DNA from: Chiloscyllium plagiosum
Lineage: Eukaryota
Length of the DNA: 63,765 nt
Direction of reading: 5' to 3'
Assembly: GCF_004010195.1 (NCBI RefSeq)
Contig: NC_057749.1
Location: 9,239,070-9,302,834, forward strand
Of this stretch, positions 53,412 through 63,765 are shown piece by piece. Each line of letters opens with the position of its first letter. Positions within the stretch are counted from its first letter, which is position 1. A model generated the notes under the pieces. It was given only the letters and a program-made list of their open reading frames with translations. It did not search any database and had not been told where the DNA came from. A program made the translations under genes and the position numbers.

Positions 53412-53722
53412 ATGAATTATGCCTCCGACGAAACGCTTTAGATGGGGTAAGGGCAGAATCAATGTGACGGTCCACATAACTTTTTGAATGCTGTTGAGGA
53501 GACGTGACTAAGTCCTGAACCTTGAGTTCTGCGCGGCGTGGAATGGTTTGTGGGGCACTTCCTGAAGTGTTTAGTTTCTTTATACCCTTGCTGGCACCAT
53601 TCGGAGAGGAGTAAGTACTGTGCGGCAAACTGGTGGATGTGAACACAGAGGGCTGAACCAAGCCTGTGTTTATCTGTGTATGTGGGATGTCTAATATCTT
53701 CAGGTCCTTGATATCAATTGCG
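53412..53722 (-). CDS. EDC3: EDC3 second coding exon (last LSm strand, linker, RRRHNS motif)
   Basis: Acceptor TTTTGTTTTTCCCAG|C continues phase 2. Translates (S)AIDIKDLKILDIPHTQINTGLVQPS...SAPQTIPRRAELKVQDLVTSPQQHSKSYVDRHIDSALTPSKAFRRRHNS. Donor T|GTGAGT at 53412/53411. 311 nt. Confidence 0.95.
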
Positions 53723-56700
53723 CTGGGAAAAACAAAAGAGAAAGTGGAGTTTAGGTCTTTGATATCAATTGTACTGGAAAGACAACAAAGTGGAATTGCA
53801 CAAAACTAAACTTTGGCTCTAAAGCACTAATGTATGCCACTTCTATATGGTTGCAATGCTTTGAAAAATTACTGTGGCTTTCCTTGATAATATCCATGAA
53901 ATCACAAGATTGATTTATGTTCAGCAGTAGATCAAGATGAAGTTAAAAACACTCTGAACATAAAACAATAATAGTCTTTGCTAATTAACATTAAATACAG
54001 CTTCTGACAGCACAGACGCTTTCTTGAAACCCAAATCATTTAAAGTATTTTCCTGCTGTACTGTTTCCTGGCTATGTAATAAAACATCCTTATAAATGTT
54101 ATATTAATGCATGCAAAGATTTCTCCCTTGATATTTTGGTCTGCCAATGCCAACAGCTGTTAAAACATAATATTACAGATAAAGCTTTGAAACTCTAGAG
54201 CTGGAGTTGAAAATAAAAATGCCAACCTACAAATAACTTGAATTTAAACATGAAGGGGTCACTGATAAAGTTAGCAAAAAGTTTCGACAAGACGTTTTGG
54301 GAGAACTGCAAATTTCAGATCAAGAAATATCAAGGGTTTGTGTATCAGGCAACGTCTGCACAAGAACTTTAAAGTACTGCACTGTTTCTCTCGCGCACTA
54401 TCCCCAATTTCTTTGCAAGTCACATCACTAATGCCATGATGATGCAAGAGCAAATATGATCTGGAAACAGTCATACTACAATTGTTTCAGGTGCATTAAA
54501 AGCAAAATCTGCAGTAGAATTACAAATACAGCTGATCAGAAAAAAAAAATCAAATACAGACTGGAGAAAGCAGTTTCTGCTGTATAACTCTGGAATAACA
54601 TACTGATAGCTCTTATCAGCTAGGACTGGCAGTAGCAAGTTGACAAAACCTACTTCCTGTTCACGGTTCTGTGTTGACTTTCTCCATTAGAAATTTATAA
54701 GTCCATAATTATTGGAAAAAACTGTCACACTTTTAAACCTGTCAACACTTAGCAACGGAGTGGCTCAAGAGCACCACAATTTTCCATCTGCGAGCTCCTC
54801 AAGCTGCACAGCAGTGAAAATATCTGTGTCAAACAAGTTGCTCCTGAAGAAACGTCAGAAATTTGGATACTTACCTACAAATGGAAAAACATGATGAAAG
54901 TGAGGGGAAAGCATGAGAAACAGCAAGAGCAGAAGCCAGAGCGAAGAAAAAAAGACCTGGAAATACAGAATGAGATAGGGAGAGGTGGGGGGGTGGAGGG
55001 AAAGAAAAAGATAAGCAGAGTGAGGAGTGAGGGTGAGAGGACGAAAAGAGACAGAGAGTTAAGTCTCATCAACTTAAGATGTGGCTCAATGGTAGCCAAT
55101 CTTGGTCAGAGTACAGGAGTCACAGGTGAACATGACTTGGTCCAAGACAAGACATAGGAAACAAACTGGAAGTTAAAATATTTTAAATTAATATGTTTTG
55201 CACACTGTAGTTAAGAGTATAAAATGAAGTCGCAGAGGAATGGAGGCATTCAAAAGGGTACTGGATGATTATTTGGATATAAATAATGTGCAAGGGTATG
55301 GGAATAAAGCAGGAAATTGGTAGCAGGTAAATGAAGCTCATTTGAAGAGTTGGTGCAAACAGAATAAGTCAAATGCCCTACTGCACCATAACACTTCTGT
55401 GATTTTGTAAACCACTTGAATTAGTGACTGAAGTAGAAATCAGAGAAACACCTAACAATAGATTAGATAGAAAAGAGAATAAATGCATGTGAGAATATGA
55501 CACCCACAGTTCAGACATTTTGTGGAAGATAAACAATGGACTGGGTTGAGTCAAGCAGACTGTTTTCTTTGTGTTATTTATTTCAATGTAACCTGTTTTT
55601 CCAAGCACATAACCAGGATTTCTGCCAGCACAAAAAGGTGTTACACAAACTTGGCCAAGCATCTGAACTAAATCAGATTTTCCATGTACCACATGGCTGC
55701 CATACAGCAGCCAATGTCTGAAACAATCCAGACAACTATCAATTGAAGAAGTTAAGTTTAATCACAATCTTTTATACACCAGGAAAAAAAGTCTGAAAGC
55801 ATTAATTATGAAATCTTAATTCACAGGTGAGAGGCCTGGAGGCACAGGTGGCCATGCAAACATTGTCACTGCATGCACTAAGAAAGCAGAGACAGTGAAT
55901 TGCCCATCAAAAACTATGAAGGGATATCACTTAACTGCATGTGTTAATAACTTCAACAAGGATAAATGATTTGAGAATTAACAGGAACATGAAGACATTC
56001 TATTAGAGTACAATCAGATGCATTAGGTTCTTGCTTCACCTGGTCATATTATTTACACTTAGGCTTAATAACTGGCTGAATTTTATAGAACTACACTTAA
56101 CCCAAAACTTTCCATTCACAGAACATTAAGGGCATTCTGGTAAAACCATCAGTTTTACTCTCTCAAATTGGTGACTTTAAAACAGTCTTAATCAAGCTAG
56201 TCTTGTGTGTTTGAATAAAAAAGACTTGCTGAAAAGAGACATGCCATCTAAGCAAACAAGAGGAATATGTTCAATTCCTGCACCCATTTTTAACGCAAGA
56301 GCTGGGGAAGCCTACAGTTCCCCATTGCTTTGTCTGTGTCAATATCTCCGCTAATTAAAGTTGACTTGCCAACCTAGCAATCACCACCCTGTTCTCTTGT
56401 CGAAGAAACTTTTCTTATTGTTTATAGTTGAGAATCATATCTGTCTAATTAGCGTAAGAAAGAATTTCCGATATATGATCAAAGTGCATTCTGCTGAGCA
56501 CAAGACTTGGATACGCAGACGTGCAGGCTTCAGTAAACACCAGCAGAACGGTAGGAGCTATGAACTATTAAAACTAAATATATTTAGAATTACATAGCAA
56601 TGGGTATTTTACTCCTGATTAACTGGTGGTATAATGGTCTTGTCTTATTTCCTGCACTTCAAAATTATCTGAAAAGAAATTTATCATTCTGACAAAAATA

Positions 56701-59260
56701 CACTTACATAGTTGTAAGGACTGTCAGTGGATATTAACTCCTGAATGGCTTAAATGAGCTCCAATTCAAACAAAATGGATGAAACTGCTTTCTCTTTTAA
56801 CCTAACCAGCAAGATTTCAAACTAGAAAGCATTTGTTCAGCAAATTGTCAATTATCAGGAGACATACCTCTGAAAAATGTCTTCAAATGACTAAAAAAAA
56901 AGGTTGTAGCCCTTTTCCCATAGGATGGGGAAGGAAACTGCAGGGGATGGACACACTTGAAACATTGAGCTCATTCAAGGAACAGATACTGTGGGTCCTT
57001 GATAAGTATATACCTATCAGGCAGGGAGACAGTTGTCAAGAGAAGGAGCCATGGTTTACTAGAGAAGTTGAAGCTCTTGTCAAGAGAAAGAGGAAGGCTT
57101 ATGTGAGGATAAGGAATGACGGCTCAGTTAGGTAGCTTGAGTGTTATAAGTTAGCCAGAAAAGATCTAAAGAGAGGGCAAAGAGGAGCCAAGAGGCAACA
57201 TGAAGGGTTGCTGGCTGATAGGATCAAGGAAAACCTTAAGGCTTTCCATAGGAATATCAGGAATAAAAGAATGACTAGGAGTAGGCCCAATCAAAGATAG
57301 TAGTGGAAAGTTGTGTGTGGAATCTAAGGACATAGGGGAAGCGCTTAATGAATACTTTTCATCAGGATTCACGTTGGAAAAGGGCGATGTTAGTGAGAAT
57401 ATGGAGATACAGGCTACAAGATTAGATGGGACTGAGGTTGTCAGAAGAGGTTTTATCTATTTTCACATCTTCCAAAATTGCTAAGATACCTGGGTCAGAT
57501 GGGACTTAGCCTGGGGTTCTGTGGGAAGCCAGGGAGGAGACTGCAGAGTCTTTGGCTTCAATTTTTATGTCATCATTGTCGACAGGAGTAGTGCCAGACA
57601 ACTGGAGGACATCAAATGTTGTTCCTTTGTTTAAGAAGGGGAGTCAGGACAACCCTGGTAACTACAGGCCAGTGAGCCTTCCTTCAGTTGTGGGTAAGGT
57701 GTTGGAAAAGGTTATAAGAGATAGGATTTATAATCAGCTGGATAGGAATAGTTTGATTAGGGATAATCAACACGGTTGTGTGAAGGGTAGGTCGTGCCTC
57801 ACTACCTTATGGAGTTCTTCAAAAAGGTGACAAAACAGATGGATGAAGATAAAGCGGTTGATGTGGTGTATATGGACTTGAATAAGGCATTTGACAAGGT
57901 TCTACATGGTAGACTATTGCACAAAATACAGTTTCTGGATTGAAGGTGATTTAGCAGTTTAGATCAGAAATTGGCTAGCTGAAAGATGATAGAGGGTGGT
58001 GGTTGATGGGAAATGTTCACCCTGGAGCTCAAGTTACTAGTGGTGCGCCGCAAGGATCTGTTTTGGGGCCACTGCTGCTTGTCATTTTTAATCAGATGAT
58101 CTGGATGCGGGCGTAGAAGGATAGGTTAGTAAATTTGCAGATGACACTATGGTAGGCAGAGTTGTGGATAGTACGGAAGGATGTTGTGGGTCACAAAGGG
58201 ACATAGATAAGATGCAGAGCTGGTGTGAGAATTGGAGTTTAATGTGGAAAAGTGAGAGTTAGTTCACTTTGGAAGAAATAACAGGAATGTAGAGTACCGG
58301 GCTAATGGTAAAATTCTTGGCAATGTAGATGAACAGAGAGATCTGTGTCCAGGTGCATAAATCCCTGAATGTTGCCAAACAGGTTGATAGGGTTGTTATG
58401 AAGGCACATGGTGTGTTGGTGTTTATTGGAAGGGGGATTGAATTTTGGAGCCACAAGGTCATGCTTCAGCTATACAAGACACTGGTAAGGCCGCACCTGG
58501 AGTATTGCGTGCAGTTCTGGTTACCACATTGTAGGAAGGATATCGAAGCTTTGGAAAGGTTTCAGAGGAGATTTACTAGGATGGTGCCTGGTAAGGAAGG
58601 GAGGTCTTACGAGGAAAGACTGAGGGAACCGAGGCGGTTTTCTTTGGAGAGAAGAAGGTTGAGAAGTGACTTAATCGTGAGGTATAAGATAATCGGGGGT
58701 TAGATAGGGTGGACAGAGAGAGCTTTTTTCCCCGGATGGTAAAGGCTAATACAAGAGGACATAGCTTTAAATCAACGGGTGATGGATTTAGGACAGATAT
58801 TAAGGGTTGCTTCTTGACTCAGTAGTAGGAGCGTGGAACAGCCTGCCTGCAACTGTAGTAGACTCACTGACGTTAAGGGCATTTAAATGGGCATTGGATA
58901 TACATATGGATAATAATGAAACGGTGTAGGTTAGATGGGCATCAGATTATTTTCACAGGTTGGCACAACATCGAGGGCTGAAGGGCCTGTACTGCGCTGT
59001 AATGTTCTATGTTCTTCATCCTGACACCTTCCAAGTGAGAACCAAGGGCAACAATTATAAGCCCCAGCTAAGATGACTGAGGCAGTTTTGGGGTGTGGTG
59101 CAACAGCATAAAAATGCTCTCCATTCATTACCCTTGTCTGACGACAAGACCTGCAATTATACTGCTAGTAGGTACCTTTGTCCAAGTATATGGTCGAGTA
59201 CAAGTACATTAAATGGCTGCAATTAGTTGGCACTGAAGTCACTGAATTAAGAATACTTAC
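53723..59260 (-). other. EDC3: EDC3 intron, 5,538 nt
   Basis: GTAAGT...CCCAG. Phase 2 join AG|C = Ser55. Confidence 0.9.
56920..59015 (+). mobile_element. CR1 LINE (ORF2 middle to 3' end)
   Basis: PGNYRPVSLPSVVGKVLE, KFADDT, RPHLEYCVQFW, tail GGCCTGTACTGCGCTGTAATGTTCTATGTTC. Confidence 0.92.
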
Positions 59261-59424
59261 CTAAACGTTAGCTCAGGAACTGAACATTTCACTCCATTGC
59301 GGAATGGCTGTGTTAGAGAGATTGTCTGACTGGTTTGATCCACTGCAGAAATTTTTCCCTGATATACTCCAAGTGTCTCACCACAGTTAATAGAAACAAG
59401 GCTCCCAATCCAATTTACAGCCAT
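59261..59424 (-). CDS. EDC3: EDC3 first coding exon (LSm domain, aa 1-54)
   Basis: Translates MAVNWIGSLVSINCGETLGVYQGKISAVDQTSQTISLTQPFRNGVKCSVPELTF, matching the vertebrate EDC3 N-terminus (human MATDWLGSIVSINCGDSLGVYQGRVSAVDQVSQTISLTRPFHNGVKCLVPEVTF). 164 coding nt. Donor TTTAG|GTAAGT at 59261/59260. Upstream acceptor TTTTGTTTTCCAG| suggests the exon starts at 59438. Confidence 0.97.
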
Positions 59425-59564
59425 CCTATACAGCATAACTGGAAAACAAAAGTCAAGAAAGTAGTCATTTGTTTGATTCTGCACCTATCAGCTTTTATTT
59501 CCAAACTTATCCTCAAACTATCAGTACTGCTATAATCAGGCAATGCAATCTGAATCAAGATATA

Positions 59565-59900
59565 AGTAGATAAGGTCAGTAGCAAAGGTCTTTTCCCTCT
59601 GGTAGAGGAGTTCAAAACCAGGGGGCATATTTTTAAGGCAAGGTTTTCAATAAAAGGACATGAAAGGCGACTGTTTGTATACAGAGAGTGGCTTGTCTGT
59701 GGAATAAACTTCCAGAAGTAGTGGTGGATGTGGGCTCAATTGCAATGTATAAAAGATATTTGGGTAAGTACATGAATAGGAAAGATTTGGAGGGATATGT
59801 GCCAAATGCAAGCAAGTAGGACTAGTTTAGTTTGGGAACATGGTCAGCGTGGACTAGTTGGGCTGAAGGGTCTGTTTCCATGCTGTATGACTATGACTCT
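59565..59900 (+). mobile_element. CR1 LINE 3' fragment
   Basis: WNKLPEVVV remnant and tail GGGTCTGTTTCCATGCTGTATGACTATGACTC. Confidence 0.82.
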
Positions 59901-60332
59901 GTATTGGTGCCATATCAAAATAAAGCAATTTCCCGTTCGACTGTATTAACTATTCTTTCTTTCTAGTTGAAAGTATGCCTAAGACATTTACCTTTTAAAC
60001 TATTTAAAGGGGAAACACATTGTGGCATTTAATAGAACAGCATAATAGAACAGCTTTTAGTTAATAGTTCAAGTACATGTTCCAATTCCATGAGACAGCT
60101 TTAATTATTTGACATTGCTAAGTTACAGAAGAGCAAAAAACAATTTTTGAAAGTTGTTCTTTCAGCAACCACACATCATTTATCAAAACAAAAATGCCTC
60201 ATCAGGTCTGAAAGTTTGCTTACTCAGTAGCTGGACCACATAACACTTCAAACCTCCAAGATTTAATGAGCAACCTGTGTTCAGTCAGTTCATGTTGCTG
60301 GGAAAAAATGCTGGATATCCATCCCAACAGCA

Positions 60333-60447
60333 CTAGGATTGCAGCAGTTCAAGGACTACAGCTCACCACCACCTTCAAGGGAAACTAGGGGCAGGCAATA
60401 AATGTTGGCCCAGCCAGTTATGCCCCACCTCAAGCGAGAAAGAAAAA
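60333..60447 (+). mobile_element. Isolated 3' tail of the 41862-45100 LINE family
   Basis: GCTCACCACCACCTTCAAGGG...GGCAATAAATGTTGGCCCAGCCAG matches ~45005-45065. Confidence 0.7.
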
Positions 60448-61207
60448 ATGAGAACTGGAGCGGTTTTTAAAATCACAATTAATATTGTCAGGCATAATGT
60501 CCGCAATTCTCATTTCGGAGCATGGTTCTTATTATCTACCTCAAGTGTAGACAATGAGCTAATCGTGCAGCCAAATAGCTCTCTACCACATTGCATCAAA
60601 CCTCATGATGAATGGATATTTGGATTGAACACAGACACAATTTTAAAGCCAATGCTTTCAAGGAGGACATTTCAAAAAAGGCAAAGGAGAAAACCTAAAA
60701 ACAATATTGCTTTTAACTTTTAATTTCAGTTCACTTCCAAAACTTAAATGAACTAAAAAAAAAATCATTGCTCAGAACAATGTTCACCAAATTTTGGTGT
60801 ACTTTTCCCACATTGCTTGTATGAAGATCAAAAAATATTGTCTCCTTTAGCTCCATACCAAGTATTGCTCTTCAATTAAAGTAAGCAGGCAACTAGCCTA
60901 CCCCTTCACGTTCCTCCTTAGGCAATCCCTCTAAAAGGAGCAAGATTTTCTTCCATTCCAACATTGTGGGTCCTGAAATGACTGAACAGTTCAATGTCGG
61001 GTCTGCAAAATCTGTCACAGGTGGGTGCTCAGCTTTTTGCCCCTTCAGTTGCTTGGGACTGTCAGAGCCCTGCAAAAATTGATGCCGTCCAGATGTTTCA
61101 TCTACAGGTTGGACAACGTTGAGCAAGAAATGCTCCATAAATTGACGGGGATATTGCATTTTCTTTCCAGTCATACTTTGGAACATTAGCATTCCAGTGA
61201 GTCTGGA

Positions 61208-61320
61208 GTTTAAAAATCACACTACACCAGATTATAGTCCAACACGTTTATTTTGGAAGCACTACCTTTCAGAGCACTGCTCCTTTATCAGGTGGTTGTC
61301 AACCAGCATCTCCAAATCAT
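61208..61320 (-). mobile_element. Short copy of the 34692-35179 PLE-derived family with a decayed hammerhead
   Basis: Minus strand CAC-CTGATAA-AGGAGCAGTGCTCT-GAAA-GGTA-GTGCTTCCAAA...GTTGGACTATAATCTGGTGT. Confidence 0.7.
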
Positions 61321-61677
61321 TTAGTCTATAGAGCCACTGAATCAAAAAGAGTGAACCCTGCCACAGGTGTGCTTGGCCTCCAGTGCTGTCCTCATCTAGT
61401 TTCTGCAGTGGGGAGTCTTCAAACACATGCAGTTACCTATGCAGTGTACAGCACTATTTAACACCTTGAACTAGAAATATATTGTTTTAAAACAGTTTCT
61501 AGTAAAGTATTGCAACAAGTCATTTAAGTAAAATTAGACTGCACAATTAATATCCCACAGTACCCATCTGTGAATGTCACTGATCCCTGAAGTTTCAGTA
61601 ACCTTGAAAATTACTGCAATCTAATTCAAATGATGAGTAATTTATGTAATTGTTAAAGGAAGTCTTCAAATTTATAA

Positions 61678-63520
61678 AAGACCACAAGACATAGGAACAG
61701 AAATTTGGCCATTCAGTCCATCAAGACTGCTCTGCCATTCAATCATGGTTGATAAGTTTCTCAACCCTGTTCTCCCACTTTCTATCTGCAATCCTTGATC
61801 CCCTTTACAATTAAAAATGTATCACTGTCTTAAATATACTCAGTAACCTAACCTCCAGTCTTCTGATGCAATGAATTTCATAGTTTCACCATTCTCTAGC
61901 TGAAGAAGTGTCTCCATATCTCTGTTCAAAAATGTCTTCCCTTTATAAGGCTGTGCCCTTGGGACCTTGTCACTCCTACTAATGGAAACATCTTCCCAAC
62001 ATCCACTCTGTCTCGGCCATTCAGTATTCTCTAAGTTTCAATCAGATCCACCCTCATCCTTCAAAATTCCATCGAGTATCGACCCAGAGTCCTCAAATGC
62101 TCCTCGTTTGTTAAGCTGTTCATTCCTGGGATCATTCTTGTGAATCTCCTCTGAACACAGTCCAGGGTCAGGACATACTTTCTGAGATATTGGGCCCAAA
62201 ATTGCACGCAATAGTCCAAATGTGGCCTGACCAGAGCCTCAGAGGTACATCCCTAATTTTATAATTCAAGTCCTCTTGAAATAAATGCTATCATTGCATT
62301 TGCCTTCCTAACTATTGACTCAACCGGCAAGTTTACTTTGAGAGAATCATGGACTCGGACTCTCAAGTCTCTTTGCACTTCAGAATTTACTCCCCATTTA
62401 GAAAACAGTCCATGCCTCTAATCCTCTACCAAGGTGCATGACCTCATAACTTCCCATATTGTACTCCATCCACCATTCTTTATCCACTCTCCTAACCTGT
62501 CCAAATACTTCCGCAGCACTCCCATCCCTGCCTCCTCAATGCCACCTGTCCCTCTACTTATCTTTGTATCATCTGCAAAACTTAGCCAGAATGCCCTCAT
62601 TCGTTAATGTATAAGTGAAAAGTTGTGGTCCCAATGCTGAGCCCTGGGGAACACCACTTTTCACCAGCTGCCACCCTGAGAAGGACACTTTTATCCCCAT
62701 TCTCTGCTTTCTGCCAGAGAGCCAAGCTTCCATCCATGCTAGCACCTTGCCTTTGGCACCATTGACCTTTTTTGTACTCAGTAGCCTCCTCTGTGGCACT
62801 TATCAAAGGCTTTATTGAAGTCCAGGTAGATAACATCCATTGATTCTCCTTGGTCTAGTCTGCTCGTTACTTCCTAGCAGACCTCCCCTTGATGAAGCCA
62901 TGCTGACTCTGCCCTATTTTACCATACACTTCCAAGTATTCAGAAATCTCATCCTTCATGATGGATTCCAGAATCTTACATTTGTCTGAGGTTAGGCTTT
63001 TCTGTAATTTTCCATCTTTTGCCTTACTCCCTTTTTAAACAGGGGTATGCTATATTAGTAATTCACCAGTCCTCTGGGACTCTCCCTGATTCTCAGGTGA
63101 TTCCTGAAAGATTGACACTTACGCCTCCACTATCTCTTCAGCTACCTCCTTTAGAATTCTGGGGTGTAGTCAATTTGGTCCAGGATTATTTATCCACCTT
63201 CAGGCTATTTTGTTTAGCACCTTCTCCTTGGTGATTGCCATTATACTCGGCTGTGACCCCTCACTCTTGAAGTTTAGGGAAATTACTCATGTCTTTCACT
63301 GTGAAGACTGAAGTGAAGTCATTCTTCAATTCCTCACCCGTTTCTTTGTTCCTCGCAACTATCTCTCTTGCATAATTTTCCAGCAGCCCAATGTCCACTT
63401 TTGCCATTTCGATATCTAAAGCAGCTCTTACAGTCGTCCTTTGTGTTACTGGCCAGCTTACCCTCATATTTAATCTTCTCCCTCCTTATTTCTTTTTTGT
63501 TGCCCTCAGTTGGTCTTTGA
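61678..63520 (-). mobile_element. Degenerate CR1 LINE
   Basis: SGVPQGSALGPQLF, SFADDTKI, and a 3' tail near 61680-61750. Confidence 0.88.
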
Positions 63521-63521
63521 C

Positions 63522-63765
63522 GAGAAAGTGAGGACTGCAGATGCTGGAGATCAGAGCTGAAAATGTGTTGCTGGAAAAGCGCAGCAGGTCAGGCAGCATC
63601 CAAGGAACAGGAGAATCGATGTTTCGGGCATGAGCCCTTCTTCAGGAATGAGGAAAGTGTGTCCAGCAGGCTAAGATAAAAGGTAGGGAGGAGGGACTTG
63701 GGGGAGGGGTGTTGGAAATGCGATAGGTGGAAGGACGTCAAGGTGAGGGTGATAGGCCGGAGTGG
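63522..63765 (-). mobile_element. PLE pseudo-LTR (runs off the window) with a hammerhead motif at 63614-63649
   Basis: Minus strand TC-CTGAAGA-A-GGGC-TCAT-GCCC-GAAA-CA-TC-GA, related to the 20198-20936 family. Confidence 0.78.

Noticed and set aside
54891..55157. Lys/Glu/Arg-rich plus-strand ORF
   Set aside because: Translation of a purine-rich low-complexity tract, which is the complement of the pyrimidine tract described in the findings.
59440..63765. EDC3 promoter or first exon
   Set aside because: No CpG island or convincing first exon is visible, and the region is mostly CR1 and PLE sequence.
1..63765. CRISPR array, rRNA, snoRNA or miRNA genes
   Set aside because: No regularly spaced repeats or recognisable RNA-gene sequence were seen. 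The long hairpins are explained by transposable elements.

Overview
This window is eukaryotic genomic DNA from a cartilaginous fish, an inference from HE1-type V-SINEs and HER1/CR1-type LINEs. It lies inside the mRNA-decapping gene EDC3 on the minus strand. Three coding exons can be read with canonical GT-AG ends and compatible phases: 59424-59261 (LSm domain), 53722-53412 (end of LSm plus linker) and 15466-15131 (FDF motif). The 5' non-coding exon and the YjeF-N exons were not found in the window. The rest is intron, densely filled with decayed retroelements: many CR1 copies (some nested), an L1, V-SINEs, a Deu-type SINE and Penelope-like (PLE) pieces. Almost all ORFs in the supplied track are retroelement debris or chance. 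Main leads: (1) a ~3.2 kb single-ORF APE-RT LINE with a tRNA-like Pol III head, inserted as one unit, plus a short derivative elsewhere in the window; (2) several PLE families whose minimal hammerhead ribozyme motifs sit in long inverted repeats; (3) a 51-nt tandem duplication of an EDC3 splice acceptor that allows an in-frame +17 aa isoform; (4) two candidate cassette/poison exons with long AG-exclusion zones, one ending in a perfect TAG|GTAAGT site; (5) a cluster of AHR response elements in apparently non-repetitive intronic DNA. Repeat boundaries were judged by eye and are approximate.
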